Positions 26,721-37,232 of a DNA stretch of 37,299 nucleotides are shown here, in pieces. Within the stretch, counting starts at the first letter, position 1. The number at the start of each line of letters is the position of its first letter. The DNA is taken from NCBI GenBank assembly GCA_008369845.1, contig MRSU01008099.1, forward strand, positions 1 to 37,299, in the 5' to 3' direction. Origin of the DNA: Trichomonas gallinae. Taxonomy: Eukaryota. The notes below the pieces were generated by a model. The model was not told where the DNA came from, ran no database searches, and saw only the letters and a program-made list of their open reading frames with translations. The position numbers and the translations under genes were made by a program.

Positions 26721-29033
26721 ATGGATAAATTCGATAATGAGGTATTAGAGTTAGCGAAATTAGCTGGTGCCAACGCGCAGAGACATCCTCTCAAGTGGAT
26801 TAAGTGGGAAAGCACTTACATTTCGCCGACTGGCGCGCATTGTCCCCCATGGAGAGAGGCTGAAGGCGATTACGGCAACGTTATCGTGTCCACGCATGAC
26901 GTAGGCATCATTATCATACTCTGCAAGCGAAATGGAAAGTGCCTGAAAATCAAAGGCTATTCTATCGACAAAAAAGGCGCAACTGAAGAATTGAGCTACG
27001 AAGAAGATGGTACAGAAATGAAGTCGATTGCAGACGTGTTAAGAGATATCTCCAAACACTTCGACAACATGTACGAAGCGAAAAAGAAAGGCGATATTTC
27101 AGATAGCGACCATCCAGCGATAAACAGGGAGATTATTAAGAACGACCTCGTGTCCCTCCCTCAGCCTGTCCTTGTTTTGAGGCAGCCGGAAGTGGTTTCG
27201 GGCGAAGATCAAAGCGAAGAAAATCAGCCTGAAGATGATGAGAAAATCGTACCATTTAACAAGCCTTCATCTACAGAAGGTGAATACTGGAGCTTGCACG
27301 CTAAGCTGAAAGCACTTGGAAATCCAGAAACTTCAGATCCAACGAATAATGACCTGAAAGAGCTGTCTGAGAACCCAGTTTTCAGGGAAGCTTCAGGCCA
27401 ACGTGCCATTTACTCAACTGGATCAATTCCAGCTCTTCGCGATATATTAAGGTTCAAACAAACACACAACTACGGCGACACAAGAACAACTCAGCAGATT
27501 TACGTCCTGAAGATCTTCGCAATGATCTCGTTAAACGCACTCATTCGTCGTCATCTCGCAAATCAAGACTTCGTGAACATATTATTCGATTTACTCAGGC
27601 GTGAAGAGATGCAGCTCATGCCAGATTTACTTACAACTATCGCAAATTGCTGCCATAACACGGCATTCCGCAATTTCTTCATCCAAGTCGGCGGCATTGA
27701 GCAGCTGATCGTATTCATTAAGCAGAGCGACTTAGTGGCTGATGTGTGTTACACACTCTGGGCTGTTAACAGATCTGCTGAAGCTACAAAGGCAATGATC
27801 GATTCTCACTTAATGATCGAGTTAGAGAGATATACAAACCCGTGCAACGCCAACGACACACAAATGACAAATATCACGCGTCTACTTTGCTCACTTCCAA
27901 AGTACGGACCGAAAATCTTCGAACCACTGAAACTATACCACATCAAGTTTTTCTGCCAGGGTCTCAGATCTACAGATGACGAATGCATCTCGTGGTCCGC
28001 TATGGCTTTGACCTGTTACCCTCTTGATGAGGAATTACAAAAGCTATTTTGCTCTAAAGCTCAGGATGGACCAAACAACCTCATGGCAATGCTCGACAGC
28101 AAAGTGGAGAACGTGATTTTATCCGGTTTGAACTGCGTTGTCACTTTGGGAGAAATTCCAAATATTAGAGATGCTTTTATTCCAACAATTCATGCGAAAT
28201 TACAGAGACTGTGGAAGTCAGACAGCCCTAAGGTTATCCAGGGCGTTCTAAAAGCACTCGGTGTGCTCACACTCAATAAAACTTGCTTAGAGTGGACACA
28301 GAAGCAGAATATCGTCCCAGACTTACTCAAATACTTATCATCTACAGACCCAGATTACGTTGTTTACGCTGCCAGAGCCATTGGCACGTGTTGCAACCAG
28401 AAATCAAATCTTCAAATGTTAATGCACTTAAATGGCGTCAGAACACTTTGGTCACTGATGAAGTCTCCTTATTCTGCTGTCCAGGCAGCTGCCACAAGGG
28501 CTCTAGTCCCATTCCTTAAATCCCCGGACTCCCCAACAATCGTGAGAACTTTCGTCGACGGCCTAGATTTGCTCGTCGGTTTATTGAAGAGCGACGACCC
28601 TGATGTACAGGAAAGCGCGTGCATGGCAATCACTGAGGTCGCGAGGGATACAGAGAACCTCGCATTCATGACAGACCTCGGCCTCGTTGAGCTGCTCTCG
28701 AGACTTTTGTCGACGACGAAAGATTCAGTGAGAACTCCTCTCGCTGATGCAATTGGCGTTGCAGCAGCTTATGGAGACAACAGGAGGCACTTCGGACAGG
28801 AGGGTGCTGTTGATCCTCTTGTTTCCTATCTGCAGCCACCGTCAAACAACCCAGAAGTCCACGCAGCAACTGCGAAAGCCCTCAAAGCTCTCAGCGAAGA
28901 CGCGCAAAACTCAAAGAAGTTGAGCAACGCTGGCGTCGTCGAATATTTGCTTATGATGGTTTCCTCAACAGACAGAGAACTGCAAATGGCTGCAGCAGTC
29001 GCTATTCGCAACATCAGGACAAACAGAGGCTGA
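26721..29033 (+). CDS. ODAD2: Armadillo-repeat outer dynein arm docking protein (ARMC4/ODAD2/Gudu family), 770 aa
   Basis: 'LNGVRTLWSLMKSP', 'VRTFVDGLDLLVGLLKSDD', 'ENLAFMTDLGLVELLSRL' and 'NRRHFGQEGAVDPLVSYL' closely parallel the ARMC4 C-terminal ARM repeats. Confidence 0.9.
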   Translation: MDKFDNEVLELAKLAGANAQRHPLKWIKWESTYISPTGAHCPPWREAEGDYGNVIVSTHDVGIIIILCKRNGKCLKIKGYSIDKKGATEELSYEEDGTEMKSIADVLRDISKHFDNMYEAKKKGDISDSDHPAINREIIKNDLVSLPQPVLVLRQPEVVSGEDQSEENQPEDDEKIVPFNKPSSTEGEYWSLHAKLKALGNPETSDPTNNDLKELSENPVFREASGQRAIYSTGSIPALRDILRFKQTHNYGDTRTTQQIYVLKIFAMISLNALIRRHLANQDFVNILFDLLRREEMQLMPDLLTTIANCCHNTAFRNFFIQVGGIEQLIVFIKQSDLVADVCYTLWAVNRSAEATKAMIDSHLMIELERYTNPCNANDTQMTNITRLLCSLPKYGPKIFEPLKLYHIKFFCQGLRSTDDECISWSAMALTCYPLDEELQKLFCSKAQDGPNNLMAMLDSKVENVILSGLNCVVTLGEIPNIRDAFIPTIHAKLQRLWKSDSPKVIQGVLKALGVLTLNKTCLEWTQKQNIVPDLLKYLSSTDPDYVVYAARAIGTCCNQKSNLQMLMHLNGVRTLWSLMKSPYSAVQAAATRALVPFLKSPDSPTIVRTFVDGLDLLVGLLKSDDPDVQESACMAITEVARDTENLAFMTDLGLVELLSRLLSTTKDSVRTPLADAIGVAAAYGDNRRHFGQEGAVDPLVSYLQPPSNNPEVHAATAKALKALSEDAQNSKKLSNAGVVEYLLMMVSSTDRELQMAAAVAIRNIRTNRG

Positions 29034-29515
29034 TTTTTTTATATCTTTTTATTTGATATTTTTAAATTATGAGTGTATTTTTTTGCTTAATCAAAACCTA
29101 TCATTTTTATAACCATAAAATCACAGCCATACCAAAATATTCGATTTATCATCATCTTTAATTTTAAATCAAATAATCTGTTTTGAAATATGTAAAAAAA
29201 TAAGAACTAACTAAATAAACAACATCATATAGTCATATATTATATGATAGAATAAGAGATTTTCTTATAGGTTCTGATATTAATGAAAATTTCTCCGAGA
29301 ATTTATTATGGTATAATAAATCTTTCTATTATAGTTATTATGATAGTAGGGAATTTGATGTGTTGACTGAGATGATTCGAGTCATTCTATTTTATTTGTA
29401 TATTTAGTATTAAAATCAACTTTGTACAAAAAAATCATGAAATTTACCATAATATCATAATACTAGAAATTTATAACGCTTTAGAAAAAATAACAAAAAT
29501 ACTTAAATGGTTACC

Positions 29516-32500
29516 TTACGCATTGTTGTTTGGCTGTGGAATGCTGTAGATGGATAGTCCTGGTGGTATTATTGGTGGAGGCAGTGCTCCAGAGTTGAAT
29601 TCACCAAGAGGAGGTGGGATGTTTGGAGCGATTGGTGGTGGAATTGGAGGATTGATCATTAGTGGAGGTGGAATTGGAGTCTGAGGGAGTCCAGGGATTC
29701 CACCTGATGCTGGGGGAACAGGAATAGGAGGTCCTGGTAATCCTGAGCTAGGGAAAGGAGGCGGCAATCCAGTTGATTGCGGTGGCCTTAATCCGATAGA
29801 AGGAGAGTTTGGAGGCGACAACGGGTTCGTTGGGATTCCGTTCGAAGATGGAGGGGCTGAAGGAGGACCAATGCTCGGCGGCGGAGGCAAAGAAACATGA
29901 TGGTCTCCATTTGGCATCGGCGGGAGAGGAAGTGGCCTGTTTGGAGAGCCTTGAGGTGGGCTTGGAGGCGGAACGAAGACAGGAAGAGGAGCAGGTCTGC
30001 TTGGAGAGCCACCGACTTGTGGTGGAGGAGGTGGAAGGCCAGTAACCAATGTAGCTGGCTCATTCAACTGCGGCGGCTTGATGTTATCTATCGGTGGGAG
30101 TGCACGCTTGGACTGGTCTTCAGGAAGTGCAAGGGAATCTACTGGAATAGAGTTGCGATTTCCTGGCCTCATTTCTGACGGCAGATCCAAGCTGTTGAAG
30201 TTCTTCTTTCCATCGTCCGAGCTTGTGTCTGAGTAATCTGAGTAGGAGGTCGATGAAGAAGTGGAGTATCTCATGCGCCTTCCTGGGGTTGGATTTGGCG
30301 CGTTTGTGTCATCTGCTGCTGGAGGGGGAGCGAACGACTTCACTTCTTCTGTAGGCGGTGGATATGTCGGCAGCGGGATGTTCGGGATCGAGTCGATCTG
30401 CTCGTGGTGCATGGCTTGAATGGCAGGAGCTGGGGACTGCTTGACGAACTTCGAAGGAACAACGTTCGAAGGAGGTTGAGAAATGTCTCTGGAACTCGTC
30501 GAAGAAGATGTAGATGATGATCTGTATGAGTCGCTCGACTCTTCTTCGTTGTTCACCATACCCATCTGATCCGTAGATTTTTGTTGCAGACCGTTGACCG
30601 ACTTCATCTCTTCTCTCTTCGTCTCTAGAACCTTGACGGACTCCATGGCGTGTTGTGCTTCGACGACTTTGATCTTGTTGACGAGTTTTTCGATCTCGTT
30701 GTTCTTGTCTGGGCGCCTGTTCTTAAGAGCAATGATTTGCGCTGACTCTGCCATGTCTATCTTGATTTCGTGGCCTGTGTCGTCGTCTTCTGCCTCGTAA
30801 ACATCAGGCTGCTTCTCGAAAACGATCTTCTCGCCGGCCCACTTCTGGTTTAGAGGAATGTGAGCGTAGTAGCAGCCGAATAGTTTGGAAATGTCTGAAT
30901 GCTGGCAAATCTGTTGTGCTGAAACGTATTCGTGGAATCTTAAAGTTGCTTCATCAAGGATTTCGCTGACTTCTGGGATATCTAAGAGGCCGAGCTCACT
31001 GTGATAACCAGATTTGATGAGATTTCTTCTCATTTGATCTCCAGCGCGTCTCTGGTTCTCTGAAAGCTGCTCAAGCATCATTCCCTTTTCTTTGCCACCT
31101 TGATCCTGGATGAATTTGTAGACATCATTGTACGGCCACTTGAATTGATATAATGAATGATGAGCGGCAACGATTGAGAATAGTTGAGTGATGGAAACCA
31201 AGTCTGATGGATTGCTACCATCGATATTGAGCACCCTGATTGTCTCATTCCTTTCAAGAAGATCTGCCATATAATCAATGCCGCCGTTTCCCATGTTATT
31301 ATCGGAAATATCGAGTTCTATGACAGTTGTATTACGCTTAAGCTGCTCGTAAATGGCTCCAACGCCTTTTTCACCGAGATATCTGTTTTTATTTCCTTTG
31401 AGGATCAAATGCTGAAGTGTTGGGATGTTTGCGATGATCTCTATTGCATTTACCAACAATTTGTCACTTTTATGAAGGTTGCTGCCGAAATCGAGATATG
31501 TAAGTTTTGTGAAAGATTCGAAGAAGTCCTCGTTTGCCAAAAGTACCTTTGCAGTGATACCGCAATTGTTCACGCAAAGACCAGTGATTTTGTTCGCTTT
31601 ATTTTCATTCTTGAAATATGCATTGAAATCTTTGAATTTCTTGCCGATTTCTTGGTTGCCTGATAAGTTGATCTTCATCTTGTCAATGAGATGGTTCTTG
31701 TTGATTGCCTCGAGGATTCCGATGACTTGTGGAACAGTAAACTGAATTCTGCTGATATCGAGCCATTCCAAATACGTGGCTGTCTCCAAGTACCTGATGA
31801 GAGCTTCTCTGGCTGGTTTATCGAACGCTGAGCCTGATACAGAAAGATATTTCAAAGGTTGTGGGTTCTTCCTGAGAACTATGAAGAAATCAGCAGTGTT
31901 AGAGTAAATTGAACCGATATCGAGATGAGAAAGAGATGCTCTGTTGTGCTTTGCTGAAAGTTCTAAGAATGTGTTAAATTCTTTTATCGCATGTTGGTTC
32001 ATTGGTGCGCCTCTGATATACAAATATCTTATGCTCATGAGACGTGGGTTGCTTGTGAAGGCCTTCATAAGCGTTAATGCATCAGATTGACGCATGCCTG
32101 TATTACTTAAGTTTAAGTAGAGAATTCTGTTACTAATCTTGCTAAGTCCGAATGCTAATTTCGAAATACCTTCGATTGGATTGTTTGATAAATCGTAGAA
32201 AAGAATTTCGAGTTCTTTGTTTTTAATCATTGCTTTAACGAAATTTGTGATGCCGTCACGAATTGAGCATCCAGACAGCTGAAGTATTTTGATCTTTTTG
32301 TTGACTGCTATCATAGGAGCGATGCATTTTAAGAAATCAGGACGTGAAACATCTTTGATTAAATAGCCGTAAATGAATGGACAGAACATCATTGTAGCGA
32401 TTACCGATCTCAAAGAGACTGGATCTTCGAAGTTTGTGTCGATTGTTGATAATGGTAGCATCGAAAAGTCAGCCATTGAGTTTCCCTCCTTGATAAGCTT

Positions 32501-33106
32501 GTGGAAGAAGTTAGGAATATCGTGGTAGTAGTCAACATCGAAATAAGAGCAGTATGCGTTATATGTTAATTGAAATTGCTGAGAAAGCGAAATGTGAGGA
32601 GAAAATCGAGGAAAATCGGACATATTCTTTGCAGTGAATTTGGCGGTTAAACTTGTAGGCCATATTCTCGTTATAGTTATGTAATTGCGAATTAATAAAC
32701 GTGAAAATCTAAGTATATCAGCTGAGTTTTCCGAGTTTATAATACGGGTTTCAGTTCCAAAAGTGAGTTCTATTTGGTGTCTACTCGCAACATTAATATT
32801 TCGGAGATTAAAGAGATGTTGTTGTTCTAATAATGTATATTTGCCTCCCCAACCAGATTTCGCGAAGATTATGAGGTGCTCTGACAACGCTATAGCACCC
32901 TCTTTGATCGTTTTCTTATCTATTGTGATGTTTGCGTTGAATGTCATATAAACATTCGCCTGTGTTAAAGGTACCAATGCCTTGATCTTTGGATCTGTGT
33001 CGGATTGCCTCCTCTTTAGGGCCGAGGTCGTCGATGTTTCTGCCGATTCGCCTTCTTCCTCTTCGTTGTGGGCATCGTAAGTGGAGTATTCATCAGTATC
33101 CGACAT
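29516..33106 (-). CDS. CARMIL-like protein (PH-like domain, linker, RI-type LRRs, helical domain, Pro-rich tail), 1196 aa
   Basis: Linker 'FQLTYNAYCSYFDVDY' is comparable to the CARMIL 'FS..Y.C.CD..' motif. RI-like LRRs (YDLSNNPI, ELDISDNNMGNGGIDYMADLLERNETIRVLNIDG). Post-LRR 'WPYNDV' and a long PPP-rich C-terminus. Confidence 0.8.
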   Translation of the reverse strand: MSDTDEYSTYDAHNEEEEGESAETSTTSALKRRQSDTDPKIKALVPLTQANVYMTFNANITIDKKTIKEGAIALSEHLIIFAKSGWGGKYTLLEQQHLFNLRNINVASRHQIELTFGTETRIINSENSADILRFSRLLIRNYITITRIWPTSLTAKFTAKNMSDFPRFSPHISLSQQFQLTYNAYCSYFDVDYYHDIPNFFHKLIKEGNSMADFSMLPLSTIDTNFEDPVSLRSVIATMMFCPFIYGYLIKDVSRPDFLKCIAPMIAVNKKIKILQLSGCSIRDGITNFVKAMIKNKELEILFYDLSNNPIEGISKLAFGLSKISNRILYLNLSNTGMRQSDALTLMKAFTSNPRLMSIRYLYIRGAPMNQHAIKEFNTFLELSAKHNRASLSHLDIGSIYSNTADFFIVLRKNPQPLKYLSVSGSAFDKPAREALIRYLETATYLEWLDISRIQFTVPQVIGILEAINKNHLIDKMKINLSGNQEIGKKFKDFNAYFKNENKANKITGLCVNNCGITAKVLLANEDFFESFTKLTYLDFGSNLHKSDKLLVNAIEIIANIPTLQHLILKGNKNRYLGEKGVGAIYEQLKRNTTVIELDISDNNMGNGGIDYMADLLERNETIRVLNIDGSNPSDLVSITQLFSIVAAHHSLYQFKWPYNDVYKFIQDQGGKEKGMMLEQLSENQRRAGDQMRRNLIKSGYHSELGLLDIPEVSEILDEATLRFHEYVSAQQICQHSDISKLFGCYYAHIPLNQKWAGEKIVFEKQPDVYEAEDDDTGHEIKIDMAESAQIIALKNRRPDKNNEIEKLVNKIKVVEAQHAMESVKVLETKREEMKSVNGLQQKSTDQMGMVNNEEESSDSYRSSSTSSSTSSRDISQPPSNVVPSKFVKQSPAPAIQAMHHEQIDSIPNIPLPTYPPPTEEVKSFAPPPAADDTNAPNPTPGRRMRYSTSSSTSYSDYSDTSSDDGKKNFNSLDLPSEMRPGNRNSIPVDSLALPEDQSKRALPPIDNIKPPQLNEPATLVTGLPPPPPQVGGSPSRPAPLPVFVPPPSPPQGSPNRPLPLPPMPNGDHHVSLPPPPSIGPPSAPPSSNGIPTNPLSPPNSPSIGLRPPQSTGLPPPFPSSGLPGPPIPVPPASGGIPGLPQTPIPPPLMINPPIPPPIAPNIPPPLGEFNSGALPPPIIPPGLSIYSIPQPNNNA

Positions 33107-34194
33107 AATATAATTTATCTAAAATCTGACGATTATTTTCCCATCAAAAATTTCGTCATTAAAAATCAGTTCAAAAAGTTTTTAAAAAGTGTTTTTTGGG
33201 ATCTCCATCGTCTATACATACAACAAAAACTATCAATTCTGAAAAGTACTAAGAAATTTTATCGCATCGAAATTATCTGAATTATAAATCTAATATCAAA
33301 CATAGATCTTAAAAATCAAAAATTATTCAAAAATATTTCCAACATTTTACATTTTTGCTATTTTAGGTGAAAATTGAATATTTATGGAAATATGCTTCAT
33401 TATCATATGCACCTATCCTATAGTATTCACATTTCCAGTGTTTACGGCTTTAAACATAGATTATAAAGAGTTACAATTGGTTTTTTGATGTGTTACGACA
33501 TTTTCCATTCTCTTATTTTTTTATTTAAAATGAATTTCTATGCCAAGGAACGTTCATAAAAACAAATGAGCAGATCAATAAAGGAAAAGAAAATTTTACG
33601 ACTGGAATCCTTGTCAAATGTTAGGTTTACATGACAAAATTTTAATCCAATATTTTATATCAATTTTTTTCCATTTAGAGTTTTTCATGCTATAAATGCA
33701 TTTGGAAAAGGTTTCGTTTGATCAAATATTTGTGAGAATTCGTCACTTTTAAAATATCTGACATTGTAAAGTCATAAAATTAAATTGTTTTCGACATTTT
33801 ACATGTCAGATTTCCTCAAAATTTAAATATGCATATTTGAATGGTTTATGTGAAGTGATTATGATGTCATATTTCGTAGTTTATTGGTCAGATTATTCAC
33901 AATTTCCACCATTTTTTCTTTTATTTGGAATCTTTTAGTATTTTAAAAGTATGATATCGTACTTCAAAAAATTTGTTGAGCGGTATATTCATTTACATGT
34001 CAAATTTCAAAATTTTACTGACAAATTTTTAAACGATCCACCAAGATTTTCCGCTAATTTATTTTATCTTATTGTAAGCTTCTAGAGTTTTGCGTTTGAA
34101 AGCATTCGACCCAATATGACAAAAGTAAAACGTGACAAAAGAAAGTAAAAATAATGAAAAATAAAGGAAATGGAATGATAAAACATTTTAAAAT

Positions 34195-34224
34195 GACGGT
34201 TAACTTCTCACAATTTTTGTCATT
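34195..34224 (+). promoter_or_regulatory. M3 (GACGGTTA) followed by Inr-like TCACA/TCATT upstream of the tepsin-like gene
   Basis: GACGGTTA at 34195-34202, TCACA at 34208, TCATT at 34220 and ATG at 34251. Confidence 0.55.
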
Positions 34225-34250
34225 TTTCATCGATTATTTATTTTTAATAT

Positions 34251-34958
34251 ATGAACTTTTTTAAGGGTAACAGTGGCTTCTCTTCGATGTCAAACAATAA
34301 TAACAGGGGTGGCCCTCAGCCAAACATGCCTCCGCAAATGGGAGGCACAACATACGTTCCAAATCAGCCACAGGGACCTCAGCCAACAACAATGGACAAA
34401 ATGAACCAGTTCTTTGACCAAATGGGCAAGGATATTGTCAACGCATTCACACCAAATTCAAACGAGCCAGCTAAGGTGACATCAGTTTCCCTTCTTGATG
34501 AAGCACCACAACCAACATCAACTGCTACATATGGTTCATCTAAACAGAAGCCAGTAAAGAAAGTCGTACATCTCACTCCAGCAAAGAAATTCCTCAAAAC
34601 AACATCAGGAAGCGCAAAACCGACAGATGCCGAAGAAAAGACTTTCGCCAACAATATGGTTGAAGAAAGCATTGACGAATTTATCGAGGCACTCGGCGAT
34701 TCCGATTGGAAAGTTAAGGCTCGTGCTTGCCGCGGTTTAGAACTTTGCGCTGATCATTTTGGATTCGAAAAAATCACTCCAGTTAGATCAACAGTCCAAT
34801 CTCTCACTACAGCACCACAGAAGTCACTTCAGTTGGCTTCAAAGTCATTACTCGATAAGATCGCATCAGCACCAACAGGATTCAGCTTTGCTCAGGGACA
34901 ATCCGCTCCTGTTGAGCAGGCTCCTGTTAATGATGAGGTTATAGACTTCGGAGCATAA
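34251..34958 (+). CDS. Tepsin-like (AP-4 accessory) protein with only the VHS/ENTH-like second domain, 235 aa
   Basis: 'PTDAEEKTF...LGDSDWKVKARACRGLE...APQKSLQLASKSLL' parallels the tepsin/MTV1 second domain (PT.....F; W.V..KA...LE; PQ.SL...A..VL). The tail carries TGFSFA, like the tepsin S[AV]F[SA]FLN motif. Confidence 0.62.
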   Translation: MNFFKGNSGFSSMSNNNNRGGPQPNMPPQMGGTTYVPNQPQGPQPTTMDKMNQFFDQMGKDIVNAFTPNSNEPAKVTSVSLLDEAPQPTSTATYGSSKQKPVKKVVHLTPAKKFLKTTSGSAKPTDAEEKTFANNMVEESIDEFIEALGDSDWKVKARACRGLELCADHFGFEKITPVRSTVQSLTTAPQKSLQLASKSLLDKIASAPTGFSFAQGQSAPVEQAPVNDEVIDFGA

Positions 34959-35049
34959 AAAATTTAATTAATGCTTTCATATTTCTTATATATAAAAGAG
35001 ATTTTTTCTGGCGTCAAATTTGACATTTTACATGGCAAATGAAATTTTG

Positions 35050-35054
35050 TCACT
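35050..35054 (+). promoter_or_regulatory. Initiator element TCACT, overlapping a reverse M2 motif (GTCACTTT)
   Basis: It begins 15 nt upstream of ATG 35065 and favours that start over ATG 35032. Confidence 0.55.
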
Positions 35055-35064
35055 TTTCATAATT

Positions 35065-37038
35065 ATGATTGCAATTTTCTTTTTCATTTTACAGCTTTCT
35101 TCTGCGAAAGACAGCAAAAACGCGGAAATTACTCCTAATCCGTCGAAAGAAAAAGATGAAATCATTGAAGATGAAATTATTGATAAAAAACCGAATCAAG
35201 TTGTCGAGAGAATAACAAATGCTACTCATCTTTTCGATAGTGATGAAGAAAAGCCAACTATTACTAATCAAACTGTTAAAGAAGAAAAGAAAATAGATGA
35301 GAAATCTGATATACAGAAAACTGAATCCAAATCTGAGAAGAACGATAAAATCATTAACGAGAAACCAAAGACCGAATCAAAAACAAAGACAAAAGCTGAA
35401 GAAAAATCCGAAGATAAAAAATCAGAGCCAGAAAAGACTACTGAAAAGAAAACAAGCAAACAAGAAGATAAAAAGACAAAACCTAAATCAGAAACAAAAG
35501 ATGAGGATGATGAAAAAATAGAAGATACGAAAACTAAGCAAGAAAAGAAATCAGAGAAAAAGGAGAGCAAATTTATTACAGAGAAAACAAAACCGAAACA
35601 AGAAAATAAAGATGAAGATTATGATGATGAAAAAGATGATAAAAAACCAGTAACAGAGAAGAAGGACAACAAGCAAAACACAGAGAAGCCGAAATCTAAA
35701 CAAGAAATTAAAGATAATGACGATGAACAAGAAGAAACAAAAACTGAACAAGAAAAGGTCCCAGAGAAGAAGAAAGAAGATAAAAAGACTAATGTTGAAA
35801 CAATTGATACAAAAACGCTTCCGAAATTAAATCCGAAGACAAATAAACAAAAAGAAAGCAAACAAACAAGTAAATCAAAAGAAACAACAGAAAAGCCACA
35901 GTCTACAAAGAAGGAACAAAAAACCAACAAAAAACAGCAAACAGATGATATTACTGATGATATTTCTCTCCAAAACCAAGCAATAGACTATCAGTTACCA
36001 GAATTCAAACTTCCAGCCAAGTGGAGAGAGAAATCAACAGGAATTGTTTATCCTTTCCCAAGATCTCAAGAAGAATTTGATGCATTACCTCCAAAACATC
36101 AAGCAGCAGTCAGCAAAATCATTGAGAGACGTAGACAGGAGTATGAGCAGCTTATTATGTCTAATCCGCACTATAAAGCTGCTTACGAACAATTATTGCG
36201 AGAAAATCAACAACAGCAAGAACAGCAACAGAACGAAAAGGACGAAAAGCAACAACAAGAAGATGACTATTATAATGAACAATTGCTTCAATATGAACTT
36301 CAACAGCAAGAATTATATCGAAGACAACAAGAAGCTCTGAGACAAAGACAGCTTGAAGAGAAATATTACTACGGCTATGACAGACAGAATACAAACCAGA
36401 GACAGTTGCCTCCAAACACTGAAATTGACGGAGAAGGAAAATTAACTTGCATAAACGGCTACTTTGGCAACAGTCCCATTGATAACAAAGGATGCTGGAC
36501 ATGTAGCCCAGCATGTCACTTCAGAGCTGATTGCATAAATCCAGGATTTTGCAAATGCGCTGATGGATATACTGGAGATGGCGTTCAAGAGTGCAACGCT
36601 CCAACACCATTCATCGTCAAAGCACAAGATATCAACGGAATAATATCAGCGCATTACATTGGAGTGAGAAAAGATTTCAAAGTTAGAGAAGCTTATTGCA
36701 GATTCACTTCCACACTGGTTATTAATGCTTCTCGTATGGTGAATGATACTGTGATATGCATAGTTCCTGAAGGACTCAAGTTTTCTAAAATTGCAATTTC
36801 ATTAGATGGAACATCATGGTCTGAAGATGCGAAATTAATCAGGAAGTTATCTGATAAACAGTTTTACCAGTTGTGCATTGCGATAACTGTTGTCGCGGGT
36901 GTTATTTCAGTAATTATCGGAACAAAGATGCTAAGTAAAAATAAATCAAAAGATGATGAACAACCACTCATGCATAGCCACCCAGCAAGGATTCCAGTCC
37001 CTGAAATCCCTGATGATCATCATCTAGATGACATGTAA
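35065..37038 (+). CDS. Type I surface membrane protein, 657 aa: signal peptide, K/E/T-rich stalk, Q-rich coil, EGF-like and IPT/TIG-like domains, TM helix, short tail
   Basis: Signal peptide MIAIFFFILQLSSA. EGF 'CSPACHFRADCINPGFCKCADGYTGDGVQEC'. IPT-like 'AYCRF...VICIVP...ISLDGTSWS'. TM 'LCIAITVVAGVISVIIG'. Tail contains DEQPLM. Alternative start at 35032. Confidence 0.85.
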   Translation: MIAIFFFILQLSSAKDSKNAEITPNPSKEKDEIIEDEIIDKKPNQVVERITNATHLFDSDEEKPTITNQTVKEEKKIDEKSDIQKTESKSEKNDKIINEKPKTESKTKTKAEEKSEDKKSEPEKTTEKKTSKQEDKKTKPKSETKDEDDEKIEDTKTKQEKKSEKKESKFITEKTKPKQENKDEDYDDEKDDKKPVTEKKDNKQNTEKPKSKQEIKDNDDEQEETKTEQEKVPEKKKEDKKTNVETIDTKTLPKLNPKTNKQKESKQTSKSKETTEKPQSTKKEQKTNKKQQTDDITDDISLQNQAIDYQLPEFKLPAKWREKSTGIVYPFPRSQEEFDALPPKHQAAVSKIIERRRQEYEQLIMSNPHYKAAYEQLLRENQQQQEQQQNEKDEKQQQEDDYYNEQLLQYELQQQELYRRQQEALRQRQLEEKYYYGYDRQNTNQRQLPPNTEIDGEGKLTCINGYFGNSPIDNKGCWTCSPACHFRADCINPGFCKCADGYTGDGVQECNAPTPFIVKAQDINGIISAHYIGVRKDFKVREAYCRFTSTLVINASRMVNDTVICIVPEGLKFSKIAISLDGTSWSEDAKLIRKLSDKQFYQLCIAITVVAGVISVIIGTKMLSKNKSKDDEQPLMHSHPARIPVPEIPDDHHLDDM

Positions 37039-37232
37039 TGATTTTTATTATATATTTGTTTTATTGTTAAATAAAAATTATAATCTTCACCTAGTCAGAC
37101 AACATATGCCAAAATATTAAAAAATGCTTTAGTGATGTTTCAGGCAAGTTCAACACTTTTATCTCTATCATTTGTTATGCTTGAAGTATCTCTAAAATAC
37201 ATACATCGCTGAGATAATCATGATGCAGAGCC

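Noticed and set aside
29240..29340. Several short AT-rich hairpins between the convergent ODAD2 and CARMIL-like genes
   Set aside because: Expected by chance at this base composition.
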